This document shows positions 45,601 through 55,345 of a stretch of 64,000 bases of DNA, in pieces (the first letter of the stretch is position 1; every line of letters begins with the position of its first letter). A program made the position numbers and the translations under genes. This stretch comes from an uncultured candidate division Zixibacteria bacterium (lineage in GTDB: Bacteria > Zixibacteria > MSB-5A5 > GN15 > FEB-12), in NCBI GenBank assembly GCA_963806185.1, contig CAWDXE010000007.1, positions 736,001 through 800,000 of the forward strand, given 5' to 3'. Under the pieces are notes generated by a model, which saw only the letters and a program-made list of their open reading frames with translations, did not search any database and had not been told where the DNA came from.

Positions 45601-48175
45601 CGAAAAAGCGATCCTGCAGGTGCGCGCCCCCTTTGGCGGCAAGCTTCTCGTGACGCTGGAAAGGGGAGAGGTGATCGACGTCATCACTCGCGATATGTCC
45701 GAGAATACCGCCGAACTTCAACTACCGGTCAAGAAGGAATATCTCCCCAATATCTACGTCACCGCCGCCGTTGTTCGGCCTGCCGACAGCCTCGAACCCA
45801 ATAAACCGGCGCGCGCCTTCGGTATGGTGCCGCTGGCAGTCTCAACTTCCGCCAAACGCATCGGCATGACTCTGACCGCGCCGGATGTGATCGCACCGCA
45901 CAGCACAATTACCGTCGCGGTACAGCTTGATAGGCCGAGAGCAAGTGACGTGACAGTGGCGGCCGTCGACGCCGGCATTCTGCAACTGACCGAATTCAAG
46001 ACGCCCGACCCGCTCACGTTCTTCTTCGGGAAAAAACAGCCGCATTTCAAACCGTACGATTTGTACTCGTTTCTCTATCCGCACGTCAACCAGGCCACCA
46101 GTCACCTGGCGGCGGGGGATAAGAGCCTTTTCGCGGCAGCTCGTCAGCGGCACCTCAACCCATTCACAGCCAATCGGGTCAAGTCGGTGGCCCTCTGGTC
46201 GGGAGTTCTGCACACCGACAGCGAGGGAAAAACTTCTGCTACGTTCGATATTCCCGAATTCAACGGCAAGCTGGTGGTGATGGCAGTTTCTTCGCAAGGC
46301 GAACTCTTTGGCTCCGCGACCCGCGACATCATCGTACGTGACAACATCGTCCTCCAGGAGAGTTTTCCCCGCTTCATCAGTCCCCGCGACAGCTTCGACG
46401 GCTTGATCACCCTTTTCAACAATACTGGTCAAACCGCCGACATCACGGTGACCGCCACTCCAACCGGCCCCCTCAAACTTGCCGGCCCGGCGTCGCTTAC
46501 TATTCCTGTTGAAAAGGGGCGGGAGGGTCATGCCATTTTCAGATTCAAGGCTGACGATGCACCCGGTACGATCAGCGTCGCCGTGAGCGCCACCGCTGGC
46601 AGCGACAAATCATCTCTCCATCTGGAGATGGCCAACCGTCCGGCCATGCCGTTGGTCACGCAGTACGGGTCGGGAACCGTTATCCCGGGCAAGCCTGCCA
46701 CGTTCGCTCTTCCTTCCGATTGGCTTGCCACCACCGATCAATATGTTCTGCAGACTTCCGGCCTGCCGGCCACAGCCCTGGCCAAACAGGTGCAATATCT
46801 TTTGCAGTATCCGTACGGTTGTGTTGAGCAGACGACATCCCGAGTATTCCCCTTGCTCTATTACAATGATCTGGTCAAAGTGGTCGAACCTGCACTCTTC
46901 GGTGGGCATGGTCACGAGTACTTTGTTCAGCAGGGCATCATCCGCCTCTCGAGCATGATTTTGCCTGATCGCTCGTTTGCCTTCTGGCCCGGTGGAACCT
47001 ACAGCAATTCGTGGTCCACCCTTTACGCCTCGCACTTTCTAACAGAGGCCAGTCGCTCGGGCTTCACCGTCGATAAGAAATTGCTCGGTAACATATACGA
47101 CAACCTGAACAATATCGCACGTGGCCGGCGGACAGATCGGATGACCGACGTTCATCGCGTGTATGCCGCGTACATACTCGCTCAGGCCGGCAAACTCGAC
47201 CAGTCAATCGTCAGCTACTTGAAACGCCTTGATGCCACCAAATTCCTTCCGGATACGCGCTACCAACTTGCCGGAGCGCTCGGTATCAGCGGCAATATGG
47301 CCGAGGCCGTTCGGCTGATCCCGACCGACATTCAGCCCAACCTCTTTGATCCCGAAACCGGCGGCGATTTTGGGTCGGGTGTCCGCTCGGATGCGATCGG
47401 CCTCGATGTCCTTCTCGCGATCAGCCCCGGAAATCCGTCGATCGATGTCCTGGCCGGTTCCCTGCTTCAACGAGCGCAGGCCGGACGGTGGTACTCCACG
47501 CAGGAAAACGCCTTTGCCCTGATGGCCTTGGGCAAGTACTTTAAGACGAAATCAAGTCTCGGTTTCACTGGAACGCTGGCGATCTTCGGCGATAAGACCT
47601 TCACCATCGATTCGACCGGCTTCAGGCTGACTCGCGCTGACTTGGGAGGGAAGAACATCACTGTCTCCGTCCTGAAAGGCGAGGGAACTTGCTACTACTA
47701 CTGGCAGGCTAGCGGCATTCCACGCACCACTGCCGCTCCGGAATTCGATCGCGGCATCCGGGTGCGTCGACAGTATCTTGATGAGGATGCCCTACCGATT
47801 GATCCGGCCAAGGTGAAGCTCGGCGACCGCATCGTATGTCTTGTCACCGCCGAGGCTGTCGACAAGCCCCTCTACAACGTCGTGATAAATGACCTCTTGC
47901 CCGCCGGACTTGAAGTGGAAAATCCCCGGCTAAAGACCACCCCCCGACTCTCCTGGATTCCCAGCGGCGGGATCTCGATCGACTATCAGGATATCCGCGA
48001 CGACCGCATTCTGCTGTTCGCCAATATCTACCCCGGTCAGCCGGTGAAGTTCTACTACAGCCTTCGCGCGATCAGCGCCGGAGAATTCAAGGTGCCGCCG
48101 GTCGCGGCGGAGTGCATGTATAATCCACTCATTGCCGGAAGCGCATCATCAGGCTCGATGACCATCACGCGGTGA
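42692..48175 (+). CDS. Bacterial alpha-2-macroglobulin
   Basis: 1827 aa; ITDLG, DRGVYRPG, EDFMP, thioester motif YPYGCVEQ, STQENAFAL, DLLPAGLE, DIRDDR; followed by pbpC. Confidence 0.95.
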   Translation: MAGFISQSIDRVKSHPRRFISYVAALTAVALLVFATLTLSLPDNEIRVTSFEPDGRVGMQTNITVKFSKKMVATDSVDRPVLNPPLKITPPIPGIARWIETDVLRFFPDGSLLPATRYSVAVQSDRTWEAGLKIVKPKTYQFFTPGLRFESASGWTEPVPDVNESVRLVARLVFNYPVNLKDLRDKLTIRTGGNAAKTQLNFVVRPTDQGYPPSDISTSAMAENLTASDVQVFSESIAKTKSDQTYVLKIDKGLLCQECGDATADPMTLSITIDRLYPLVINSTQSYSQGELVFIAVDFSQQISPETAGSYVSIEPKVDFTTEVSWSRLILRGPFRPGETYTVSIAKGMPSQLNHLLEEDFSTRVLIADLNPSVKFTSHGLFLPRSGNGLLELSTINLSKVVVETEQVFANNLVYFLLTGRGSVYGGDANYYDTRAEQLGRSIFIKDKELDGVRNTPLATTVDIKSIIADTAKGIFRVSVRDKEQRWIAASRYVLITDLGLSVRMADNYLMVWVNSLSTVTPTSGVTVTLYSKNNQPLLQGKTDSRGIVVFKEIGPHLAGFEPFVITAEKQGDLSYLRLDESLIPTSDFDVAGRPLLTSGYEAFVYADRGVYRPGDTAHFVSVVRGPEAKLPPGFPYLLTVFDPEGRKFQSFKMTTGAGMTGVDFVIPDYVPTGRYAVAATIGEDLQIGRMELLVEDFMPDKIRVDLRTLSSSYATGDTLKATVSARLLFGPPGAGYQVKSDMVIESQPFEPKGFSEYTFSADDRTFNRMSVNLRDTLLDDSGLHTFTYQLPPKLVAPSALKGLISATVSESGGRGVSAYAEVLIHPYPTYLGIKLARDGYTKPGEPVVAMVVAVNCDGQAVDLSGCKVRFNRIVYNTLLKRGQTGDYQWVSERKTQPLDSTVVSITGLGTTATFTPVAYGSYQITAEDPKGGHLSAVDLWVSGWGYAPWAMDHPDKIELALDKKEYQPGEKAILQVRAPFGGKLLVTLERGEVIDVITRDMSENTAELQLPVKKEYLPNIYVTAAVVRPADSLEPNKPARAFGMVPLAVSTSAKRIGMTLTAPDVIAPHSTITVAVQLDRPRASDVTVAAVDAGILQLTEFKTPDPLTFFFGKKQPHFKPYDLYSFLYPHVNQATSHLAAGDKSLFAAARQRHLNPFTANRVKSVALWSGVLHTDSEGKTSATFDIPEFNGKLVVMAVSSQGELFGSATRDIIVRDNIVLQESFPRFISPRDSFDGLITLFNNTGQTADITVTATPTGPLKLAGPASLTIPVEKGREGHAIFRFKADDAPGTISVAVSATAGSDKSSLHLEMANRPAMPLVTQYGSGTVIPGKPATFALPSDWLATTDQYVLQTSGLPATALAKQVQYLLQYPYGCVEQTTSRVFPLLYYNDLVKVVEPALFGGHGHEYFVQQGIIRLSSMILPDRSFAFWPGGTYSNSWSTLYASHFLTEASRSGFTVDKKLLGNIYDNLNNIARGRRTDRMTDVHRVYAAYILAQAGKLDQSIVSYLKRLDATKFLPDTRYQLAGALGISGNMAEAVRLIPTDIQPNLFDPETGGDFGSGVRSDAIGLDVLLAISPGNPSIDVLAGSLLQRAQAGRWYSTQENAFALMALGKYFKTKSSLGFTGTLAIFGDKTFTIDSTGFRLTRADLGGKNITVSVLKGEGTCYYYWQASGIPRTTAAPEFDRGIRVRRQYLDEDALPIDPAKVKLGDRIVCLVTAEAVDKPLYNVVINDLLPAGLEVENPRLKTTPRLSWIPSGGISIDYQDIRDDRILLFANIYPGQPVKFYYSLRAISAGEFKVPPVAAECMYNPLIAGSASSGSMTITR

Positions 48176-48185
48176 GGGGGAGATC

Positions 48186-50525
48186 ATGAACACGAAGTCG
48201 ATTCGTGACAAAAGCTCACAACGGCGGCGGCTCCGCCCTCTGCTTGGCGCGCTCATCGCGATTCTTGCGGCCGGAGCGCTCACCAATTGGGTGCTCTTTC
48301 CGTTGCCCAAAGAAAAACTGATCCGCCCGCACGGCGCCTACGTGTACAGTCGCGAGGGTCTGTTGCTGAATTGCTTTACCGCGGAAGATCGTTTCTGGCG
48401 CAAACCGGCGAAGCTGTCAGAAATCTCGCCGCTCCTGATCAAGAGCGTGCTCGCGTGCGAGGACCGATGGTTCTACTATCATCCGGGGTTCAATCCAATC
48501 TCTCTGGTAAGTGCAACCGTCGACAATGTACGGACGGGCAAGTTCGTGCGCGGCGGCTCTACCATCACTATGCAGATCGCGCGGATGATTGAGCCCAAAC
48601 CGCGCACCATTCCCAACAAAGCGCTGGAGATTCTCCGCGCCGTCCAGCTCGAACTAGCCTATTCCAAGTCCGACCTTCTCGAAATTTACTTCAATATTGC
48701 CCCGTATGGTGGCAATATTGAAGGAGTTGGGAGCGCGGCGCACCTCTACTTTGGCAAGGACCCGCTCCACCTTTCACCCTCCGAAGTAGCCATTCTCACC
48801 ACTATCCCGGCCTCTCCCACGAGGTTCCGGCCCGACGCTGATCCAGCCGCCTGCGTCCGACGACGCAATGTCGTGCTCAATCGACTCTGCGCCTCAGGAC
48901 TCATTAGCCGGTCCGACCGCGACGAGGCGATGAAAGAGGACGCTCCCGTCCGTCGCACCGATAGCCCCGTCGCCGCGCCCCACTTCTGTCAGTCGATAAC
49001 ATCGGCGCACTCTTCCGAAGCAGTCATCCGAACAACTCTCGACTACGCCTTGCAGCAGACGTGTGAGAATCTGTCCCTCGGCTACCAATCCATTCTTCGC
49101 GACAAAGGGATCAGCAACTTGGCCCTCGTGGTCATTGATAACCAGTCCGGTGAGCTGCGCGCCATGGTCGGGTCGGCTGACTTCGGCGACCTGCTTCATC
49201 AGGGACAGATCAATGGCGCCCTGGCGCCGAGATCCCCCGGCTCGGCACTCAAACCATTTGTCTACGCTCTCGGCTTCGAGAAGGGGCTCATCTCGCCGGC
49301 CAGGAGAATCGAGGATCTGCCTACCAACTACGCCGGCTATATCCCGGTCAATTACGACGGCGAGTACCACGGCGTCGTGTCGGTGAGCGATGCCTTGATC
49401 CAGTCGCTCAACGTTCCGGCAGTGAACTTGTGTGCCCGCCTTGGCTTGGGTAACGTGTACGATCTCTTCAAGCGTGGCGGAATCACAACTCTGTGTCGAA
49501 AACAATCCGAGTATGGCCTGCCGCTTGTGCTGGGTGCCTGTGAAGTCAATCTGATCGAACTTAGCAACCTGTATGCGACGCTGGCACGGGGCGGACTCTA
49601 CCGCCCCGTACGGATGCTTCAAGCTGACACGTCCGGTCCATCGTTTCGCCTGCTCTCGGAGGCTTCAACGTATCTCGTCTCCGAAATACTCGCCGAACTC
49701 AAACGGCCCGACCTTCCGTCAAGTTGGGAAGCTACAGCCGGCATGCCGCGCGTGGCCTGGAAAACCGGGACGTCGTACGGCCGCAAGGATGCCTGGGCGA
49801 TCGGTTACACGCCGCAGTTCACCGTCGGCGTCTGGGCCGGCAACTTCACGGCCGAGGGCTCCATCGCGATTGTCGGCGCCGAGATCGCCGCGCCACTCAT
49901 GCTCGACATCTTCAATCACCTCGCCACCCTTCAAGGGCAGAACTGGTTCGAAACGCCGCCCTCAATCGATGTCCGGTCAGTTTGCGCTATCAGCGGTATG
50001 CCGGCCGGCGATGCCTGCGATCAGACCCTGTCGGAACAATATATCATCGGCGTTACTCCCGAACAGACCTGCACGGTGCATCGCAAGATTCACGTGGATC
50101 CCAAAACAAGAAACCAGGTTTGTGTGTTTTGTCAGGGAAACGCGCCCGCCGAGGACAGGGTGATCGAGATATGGCCCCCGAAAATCGCCACCTGGCTGTT
50201 GCGTCACGGCATCATCGACTTCGAGCCTCCCCACAATCCGGCCTGCCGGGGTGAAGCCGGGGGAGAAGGCCCGATCATCACCTCACCCGAACCCGGCGCA
50301 GTGTACTTTGTCCAGAACAAAGCGCACCCCGAGTTCCAGAAGATTCTCTTCGAGGCTTCCGCTGCCGCTGATTGTCGTGAAGTACATTGGTTTCTCGACG
50401 GACAGCTCGTTGCGTCAGCGGCGCCCGAATCACGCGTCCTGTACGCCCCACCGACCGGCAACCACAGACTGCTCTGTATTGATGGCAACGGCCGTTCCAG
50501 TGCCGTCTCATTTACCGTACAATAG
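48186..50525 (+). CDS. pbpC: Penicillin-binding protein 1C
   Basis: Transglycosylase EDRWF and GGSTITMQ; transpeptidase SALK, SLN, KTGTS; C-terminal domain; paired with alpha-2-macroglobulin. Confidence 0.95.
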   Translation: MNTKSIRDKSSQRRRLRPLLGALIAILAAGALTNWVLFPLPKEKLIRPHGAYVYSREGLLLNCFTAEDRFWRKPAKLSEISPLLIKSVLACEDRWFYYHPGFNPISLVSATVDNVRTGKFVRGGSTITMQIARMIEPKPRTIPNKALEILRAVQLELAYSKSDLLEIYFNIAPYGGNIEGVGSAAHLYFGKDPLHLSPSEVAILTTIPASPTRFRPDADPAACVRRRNVVLNRLCASGLISRSDRDEAMKEDAPVRRTDSPVAAPHFCQSITSAHSSEAVIRTTLDYALQQTCENLSLGYQSILRDKGISNLALVVIDNQSGELRAMVGSADFGDLLHQGQINGALAPRSPGSALKPFVYALGFEKGLISPARRIEDLPTNYAGYIPVNYDGEYHGVVSVSDALIQSLNVPAVNLCARLGLGNVYDLFKRGGITTLCRKQSEYGLPLVLGACEVNLIELSNLYATLARGGLYRPVRMLQADTSGPSFRLLSEASTYLVSEILAELKRPDLPSSWEATAGMPRVAWKTGTSYGRKDAWAIGYTPQFTVGVWAGNFTAEGSIAIVGAEIAAPLMLDIFNHLATLQGQNWFETPPSIDVRSVCAISGMPAGDACDQTLSEQYIIGVTPEQTCTVHRKIHVDPKTRNQVCVFCQGNAPAEDRVIEIWPPKIATWLLRHGIIDFEPPHNPACRGEAGGEGPIITSPEPGAVYFVQNKAHPEFQKILFEASAAADCREVHWFLDGQLVASAAPESRVLYAPPTGNHRLLCIDGNGRSSAVSFTVQ

Positions 50526-50732
50526 CCCTCGATAGCTCCCCTTTGGAAAGCCACGCGGCCCGCCGGGTTGACCAAACTAGCCCCGCGGGCCGCCGTCTTG
50601 TACTCGGTTTTTTTGAAACTCCTTGTGCCTCTCGCGGCTATAAACATGCCCTTGGAAATCACCACCCCCGGTGGATTTGCCGACGGCCGGACCGGGTCGT
50701 TTCTCCGTCCGACTCGAATCGAAAGCGCAAAT

Positions 50733-52187
50733 ATGAAAGTTGCCGTCAAACTCGTCGCCCTGCTCCTGATGGGCGTCACCCTGGTGCTCACCATCGGCGC
50801 CTATCTCTCAGTCCAGCGCGAACGGGATCTCTTCGTCTCTGATATGGCACAGGACGCCCGCCTGTTCGGGCAGACCGTCATGGAAATCGTGCACCGCGTT
50901 TGGCAGGAAAACGGCGGGCGCCAGGCGGCGTCACTCATTACCGACATCGGGCGCTCTCACGGTCCCATGCACATTCGCTGGGTGTCGCTCGTTGCAGCCA
51001 AACCGGACGCCGTGCCCTCGGTACCGACCGATCAGCTTTCCGGGGTCATGAACGGCGAAAGCCGCAGCCTCCTGTTTGAAAACCCGACCGGCCAGCGTTT
51101 CCTCTTCACCTACATTCCGGTGAATTCTGCCGGCGCCAATACCGAGGCGCTCGAAATCTCGGAAAGCCTCGACCCGATGAGCCAGTACATCCGCACCACC
51201 ATCGTTCGCACGGTGATACTCTCGGCCGTGCTGTTTTTGCTCTCAGCCATTTTCGTCGTCTCGGCTGGGTATCTTATCATAGGTCGCAAGCTGCGGGCCG
51301 TTACTCAGTACGCGCGCACTGTCGGCGGCGGCAACCTCTCAGACCGGCTTGCCATCCGGGGGCACGACGAACTGGCGGAACTCGGCGACGTCATGAACAC
51401 TATGAGCGGCCAACTCCGAGAATCGCAGGAGCAACTGCGCGAGGAAACAAAGGCGCGCATCGCCGCGCTCGTGCAATTGCGGCACGAAGACCGCCTGCGC
51501 ACCGTCGGTCGCCTCGCTTCCGGGTTGGCTCATGAACTCGGCACTCCTCTCAACGTCGTCAGTGGCCGCGCCGGACTCATCGTCGCAGGTGCGTTGGCGG
51601 ACGGCGAGGTCAAGGAAAGCGCCGGCATTATCAAAACCCAGGCCGACCGCATGACAGGACTCATTCGCGATCTGCTGACCTTTGCCCGTAAGGGAGCTGA
51701 CCAGCGAGAACCGCTCGACGTACGGCCCGTTGTACAACAGGCCGTCACCCTCCTGCAGTCACTGGCTGCCAAACAGCGAGTCTCGCTCTCCTTCACCATC
51801 CCTAAAGTGCCGATCACTGCCCGAATCAATCAGTCGCAATTCCAGCAAGTCGTTATCAATCTCGTCACGAATGCCATCCAGGCCGTCCCCGCCGGGGGAG
51901 AGGTGTCCGTTGAATTGATGACCGCATCGCACGCGGACACCTTGAACGGAAACACCTTCAGGGAATTTGTTCAGATCGACGTGGTCGACAACGGCTGTGG
52001 CATCTCCGAGGAACACTTGGCGCAAATATTCGAGCCTTTCTTCACCACTAAAGATGTTGGCGAGGGGACCGGTCTGGGTCTGCCCATCGCCTATGGAATT
52101 GTTCACGAACATGGTGGGTGGATCGATGTTCACAGCGAGCTCGGCCGGGGGAGCCGCTTCACCATTCTATTGCCCAGCGGAGTTTGA
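50733..52187 (+). CDS. HAMP-domain sensor histidine kinase
   Basis: Two TM segments, HAMP DELAEL, LAHELGTPL, NAIQA, DNGCG, FEPFFTTK, GTGLGL. Confidence 0.93.
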   Translation: MKVAVKLVALLLMGVTLVLTIGAYLSVQRERDLFVSDMAQDARLFGQTVMEIVHRVWQENGGRQAASLITDIGRSHGPMHIRWVSLVAAKPDAVPSVPTDQLSGVMNGESRSLLFENPTGQRFLFTYIPVNSAGANTEALEISESLDPMSQYIRTTIVRTVILSAVLFLLSAIFVVSAGYLIIGRKLRAVTQYARTVGGGNLSDRLAIRGHDELAELGDVMNTMSGQLRESQEQLREETKARIAALVQLRHEDRLRTVGRLASGLAHELGTPLNVVSGRAGLIVAGALADGEVKESAGIIKTQADRMTGLIRDLLTFARKGADQREPLDVRPVVQQAVTLLQSLAAKQRVSLSFTIPKVPITARINQSQFQQVVINLVTNAIQAVPAGGEVSVELMTASHADTLNGNTFREFVQIDVVDNGCGISEEHLAQIFEPFFTTKDVGEGTGLGLPIAYGIVHEHGGWIDVHSELGRGSRFTILLPSGV

Positions 52188-52188
52188 T

Positions 52189-53577
52189 ATGAACGGACAC
52201 CTGCTTGTTGTTGATGATGAACCGGAAATGGTCAAGCTGCTTCAATTGGAACTCAAGCACCGCGGCCACACTTCGGCAGTCGCCCTCTCAGTGGCCGAAG
52301 CTCGCGAGCAATTGGCCAAAGCTGATTTCGATCTGGTCCTCACCGACATTCAGATGCCGGGCTTGACCGGCCTTGAACTCTGTCGTGAGCTGCAATGTAC
52401 TCGCCCGGATATTCCCGTCGTGGTACTGACCGGCTTCGGTAGCGTCGAAACTGCCACCTCGGCCATCCGCGCCGGTGCGTACGACTTCGTGACCAAACCG
52501 GTTGACATGGAACTCCTCGCTATCGCCGTCGAACGGGCCATCACCCATCGGCAGATGCAGGAGACGATCCGCCGTCTGCAATCGGTCGGAAGCGAACTTG
52601 GTACCTTCGGCGCCCTTCAGGGAGCCGCACCGGCGATGAAACGTCTCTTCGACACCTTGAGCCGCGTTGCCGTCTCCGACGCTACTGTCCTGATCGCAGG
52701 GGAGAGCGGCTGCGGCAAAGAACTGGCAGCGCGCGCCCTTCACGATCACAGCCGGCGCTCGGCCGCACCCTTTGTCGCCATCAACTGTGCCGCTATGCCC
52801 GAAGCCCTTCTGGAATCCGAACTCTTCGGACACGTGCAAGGCGCGTTCACCGACGCCCGCTCGGCCCGGCGCGGGCTTTTCGCGGCGGCCGATGGTGGCA
52901 CGTTGTTTCTCGACGAAATCGGTGATATGCCGCCGACGCTGCAACCTAAACTGCTTCGAGCACTCGAGAATCGCACCATCCGCCCGGTAGGTGCCGAGTC
53001 CGAGGTTCACATCGACGTTCGCGTGGTGGCCGCCACCAACCGGGACATTGATTCAATGATTGAAGAGGGCAAGTTTCGGGAAGATCTCTACTTTCGTATC
53101 AACGTTGTCCGCGTCGATATCCCGCCGCTGAGAGCCCGTCTCGAAGATCTCGTGCCGCTGGTTACTCATTTCATCGCCCGTTTTGCCGCCCAACACCAGA
53201 AAGACGTCACTGGTATTGCGGATGCCGCCATGTCCAGATTCTATACCTATGAATGGCCGGGCAATGTCCGCGAACTCAAAAACGTGATTGAGCAGGCCGT
53301 TCTTCTGACAGCCCACGACAAAATTCTCGCCACTGATCTCCCCGAACGCATTCAGGAGGCAGTTGCATCACCGATTCTGCCGGAAAACCAGCGCGGGACC
53401 GAACTGCTCCCCATGCACGAGGTCGAACGCCGCCACATCCTCCAGGTGCTGAGCTCCGTCAATGGCAACCGGGGCCAGGCGGCCCGGATTCTTGCCCTCG
53501 ATCGAAAAACCCTCTGGCGAAAACTTCGCCAGTACGGTGTCGTCGATTCTACCAGCGACTCCACGACGGCACTCTAG
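52189..53577 (+). CDS. Sigma54-dependent response regulator (NtrC/AtoC family)
   Basis: REC domain, GESGCGKE, ESELFGH, GAFTDA, FLDEIG, WPGNVREL, Fis-type HTH. Confidence 0.95.
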   Translation: MNGHLLVVDDEPEMVKLLQLELKHRGHTSAVALSVAEAREQLAKADFDLVLTDIQMPGLTGLELCRELQCTRPDIPVVVLTGFGSVETATSAIRAGAYDFVTKPVDMELLAIAVERAITHRQMQETIRRLQSVGSELGTFGALQGAAPAMKRLFDTLSRVAVSDATVLIAGESGCGKELAARALHDHSRRSAAPFVAINCAAMPEALLESELFGHVQGAFTDARSARRGLFAAADGGTLFLDEIGDMPPTLQPKLLRALENRTIRPVGAESEVHIDVRVVAATNRDIDSMIEEGKFREDLYFRINVVRVDIPPLRARLEDLVPLVTHFIARFAAQHQKDVTGIADAAMSRFYTYEWPGNVRELKNVIEQAVLLTAHDKILATDLPERIQEAVASPILPENQRGTELLPMHEVERRHILQVLSSVNGNRGQAARILALDRKTLWRKLRQYGVVDSTSDSTTAL

Positions 53578-53588
53578 CTCACCGCTGT

Positions 53589-53622
53589 TGGGGCAATTTG
53601 TCCCACCGGGTGATTCGCCCCA
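53589..53622. promoter_or_regulatory. Tandem palindromic enhancer (UAS) for the sigma54 activator
   Basis: TGGGGCAATTTGTCCCA followed by CCGGGTGATTCGCCCCA, about 140-170 bp upstream of a -24/-12 site. Confidence 0.6.
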
Positions 53623-53758
53623 AAGAGCTACTTGGCCATATCGGGCTGCGAGTTACACCGCGTGACCATCTATCCATAGATCTTACCTCCGCGAGTCCGG
53701 GGTAAAACTCCACATGCGATGGTCCTCGTAACGTATTGCGCTGCAACACGAATGTGAT

Positions 53759-53774
53759 TGGCACGCCCTCTGCT
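53759..53774 (+). promoter_or_regulatory. Sigma54 (-24/-12) promoter
   Basis: TGGCACGCCCTCTGCT, with GG-N10-GC spacing. Confidence 0.8.
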
Positions 53775-53853
53775 ATATCTCGTCTTGAATTTGATGACGA
53801 AAGAAATCGGCGATGGTCGCACGCGACCACGCACACTAGAAAGGAGTGGTCAC

Positions 53854-54684
53854 ATGAAACAACACCCGATCACCCAAACGGAGACCCGGCGCTCATCGCA
53901 GCCGAAACTCGATCCCGTCACCCGTCGCCCTCGTGTGCTCCTCGCCGAAGATGATTTGGAGATGCGGAATCTCCTGCAGTGGGAGTTTAGCAAGAACGGT
54001 TTCGATGTCATCGAATGCCGGGACGGCTATCAACTCCTCGCCCAGCTTGGCACGCCGCCGCTCGCGGCCAAACCGGAATCCGTCGACCTTATCGTTTCCG
54101 ACATCCGTATGCCCGGCGTCACCGGCTTGGAGATTCTCCAGGCCTTGCAGGAAACCGAGTGGAATCTCCCCATGGTCCTGATCACCGCTTTTGGTGACGA
54201 TCACACTCATCGACTCGCCGATCAATATGGAGCCGCCGCTATGTTTGATAAACCGTTTGAAATCAGCCTGCTCATCAGTCGCGTGCGAGAAGTGCTCGGA
54301 CTCGATAATCCCAACGGAAGCAATTGGGCCACCCCTTCGCGCTCTGATTCACACGCCAACCAGCCCGTCGATGTCGTTTTCAGTCGTCTTCCGCGAATGC
54401 CCGAAATCGAGGCGATTGTCAATGGGGCCTACGCACAGTTGCACCCCTATACCAAGAATATCGTGTATTGCCGAGCCATCGTCGAAGGCTCCCGCCTGCT
54501 GCAAAACGCCGGCGACAAGTACCACATCCAGTTGATGGTCACCTTGCCTGATGAGGTGCTCGTCATTCGTTCCCACATGCGTTTCCTGGGCGACACCGGA
54601 TCGCTGCACGCAGCGATCCGGGACGCTTTCGGCGCCATGCGGGGAAAACTCCGACGGTACTTCGACGGCCGGGACGTCAACTAG
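53854..54684 (+). CDS. Response-regulator receiver fused to a C-terminal HPF/RaiA-like domain
   Basis: REC residues AEDD, VSD, ITAF, DKP; C-terminal VDVVF..IEAIV..IVYCRAIVE..YHIQLMVTLP..LHAAIRDAF; SD AAGGAG. Confidence 0.8.
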   Translation: MKQHPITQTETRRSSQPKLDPVTRRPRVLLAEDDLEMRNLLQWEFSKNGFDVIECRDGYQLLAQLGTPPLAAKPESVDLIVSDIRMPGVTGLEILQALQETEWNLPMVLITAFGDDHTHRLADQYGAAAMFDKPFEISLLISRVREVLGLDNPNGSNWATPSRSDSHANQPVDVVFSRLPRMPEIEAIVNGAYAQLHPYTKNIVYCRAIVEGSRLLQNAGDKYHIQLMVTLPDEVLVIRSHMRFLGDTGSLHAAIRDAFGAMRGKLRRYFDGRDVN

Positions 54685-54745
54685 AAGTCAGACCATTCTA
54701 TATCTGTGCCAACAAACTGGTATACCCAATGAAAAGGAGGACCAC

Positions 54746-55249
54746 ATGACCAGAACACACCTCACCCGGTTAGGAACCCGGCTCGCTGTAGCTGCCCTGC
54801 TCCTCACCATAGCCGTCAATCCCGCCTCGGCTGCGCCCAAGGCCAAGGGACACGAACTGTCAAAACCCAAACCAGCCGCCGATATGAAGATGGTCTCGAA
54901 GGAGGCGGAGAAAGGGATGCTTGATGGTTGGAAATTCACCGGCGACGTGACCACAAACGGCTCGACGCCGATGCAGGACCAACTCTCTTTTGACAAGGGC
55001 AAACTGATGAGTTCGCTCAGCGCCAAAGACGGTTTCTCGGCGATTCCGTATACCGCGGCTGTGAAAGACGGTGTCACCAGCTTCTCAGCCACGTCAACCA
55101 ATGTCAAAGGTGACAAGGTGATGTGGACCGGCACAATCAAAGACGGCCAGCTCGACGCCGCTCTGACCTTGACTCCGAAGGGGCAGGCGGCTGTCACCAA
55201 GACTGAGAAAGCGCACCGTGATACCCCGGTTGCATCACCTCACAACTAA
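54746..55249 (+). CDS. Secreted beta-rich hypothetical protein
   Basis: SD AAGGAGG; signal peptide ending PASA; DQLSFDKGKL, WTGTIKDG. Confidence 0.75.
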   Translation: MTRTHLTRLGTRLAVAALLLTIAVNPASAAPKAKGHELSKPKPAADMKMVSKEAEKGMLDGWKFTGDVTTNGSTPMQDQLSFDKGKLMSSLSAKDGFSAIPYTAAVKDGVTSFSATSTNVKGDKVMWTGTIKDGQLDAALTLTPKGQAAVTKTEKAHRDTPVASPHN

Positions 55250-55282
55250 CAAGTCGTAGAACCGACAACTCCCACCGTAGCA

Positions 55283-55326
55283 AGCCAATTCGCCGGAGAA
55301 GAACTCTCTTCTTCGGCGATTGGCTA
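55283..55326. terminator. Long hairpin between convergent genes
   Basis: AGCCAATTCGCCGGAGAAGA...TCTTCTTCGGCGATTGGCT. Confidence 0.65.
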
Positions 55327-55345
55327 TTCAATCTGGTGGGGGAGA

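Noticed and set aside
54717..54733. Sigma54-like TGGTATACCCAATGAA
   Set aside because: The -12 position is GA rather than GC, and the site abuts the RBS
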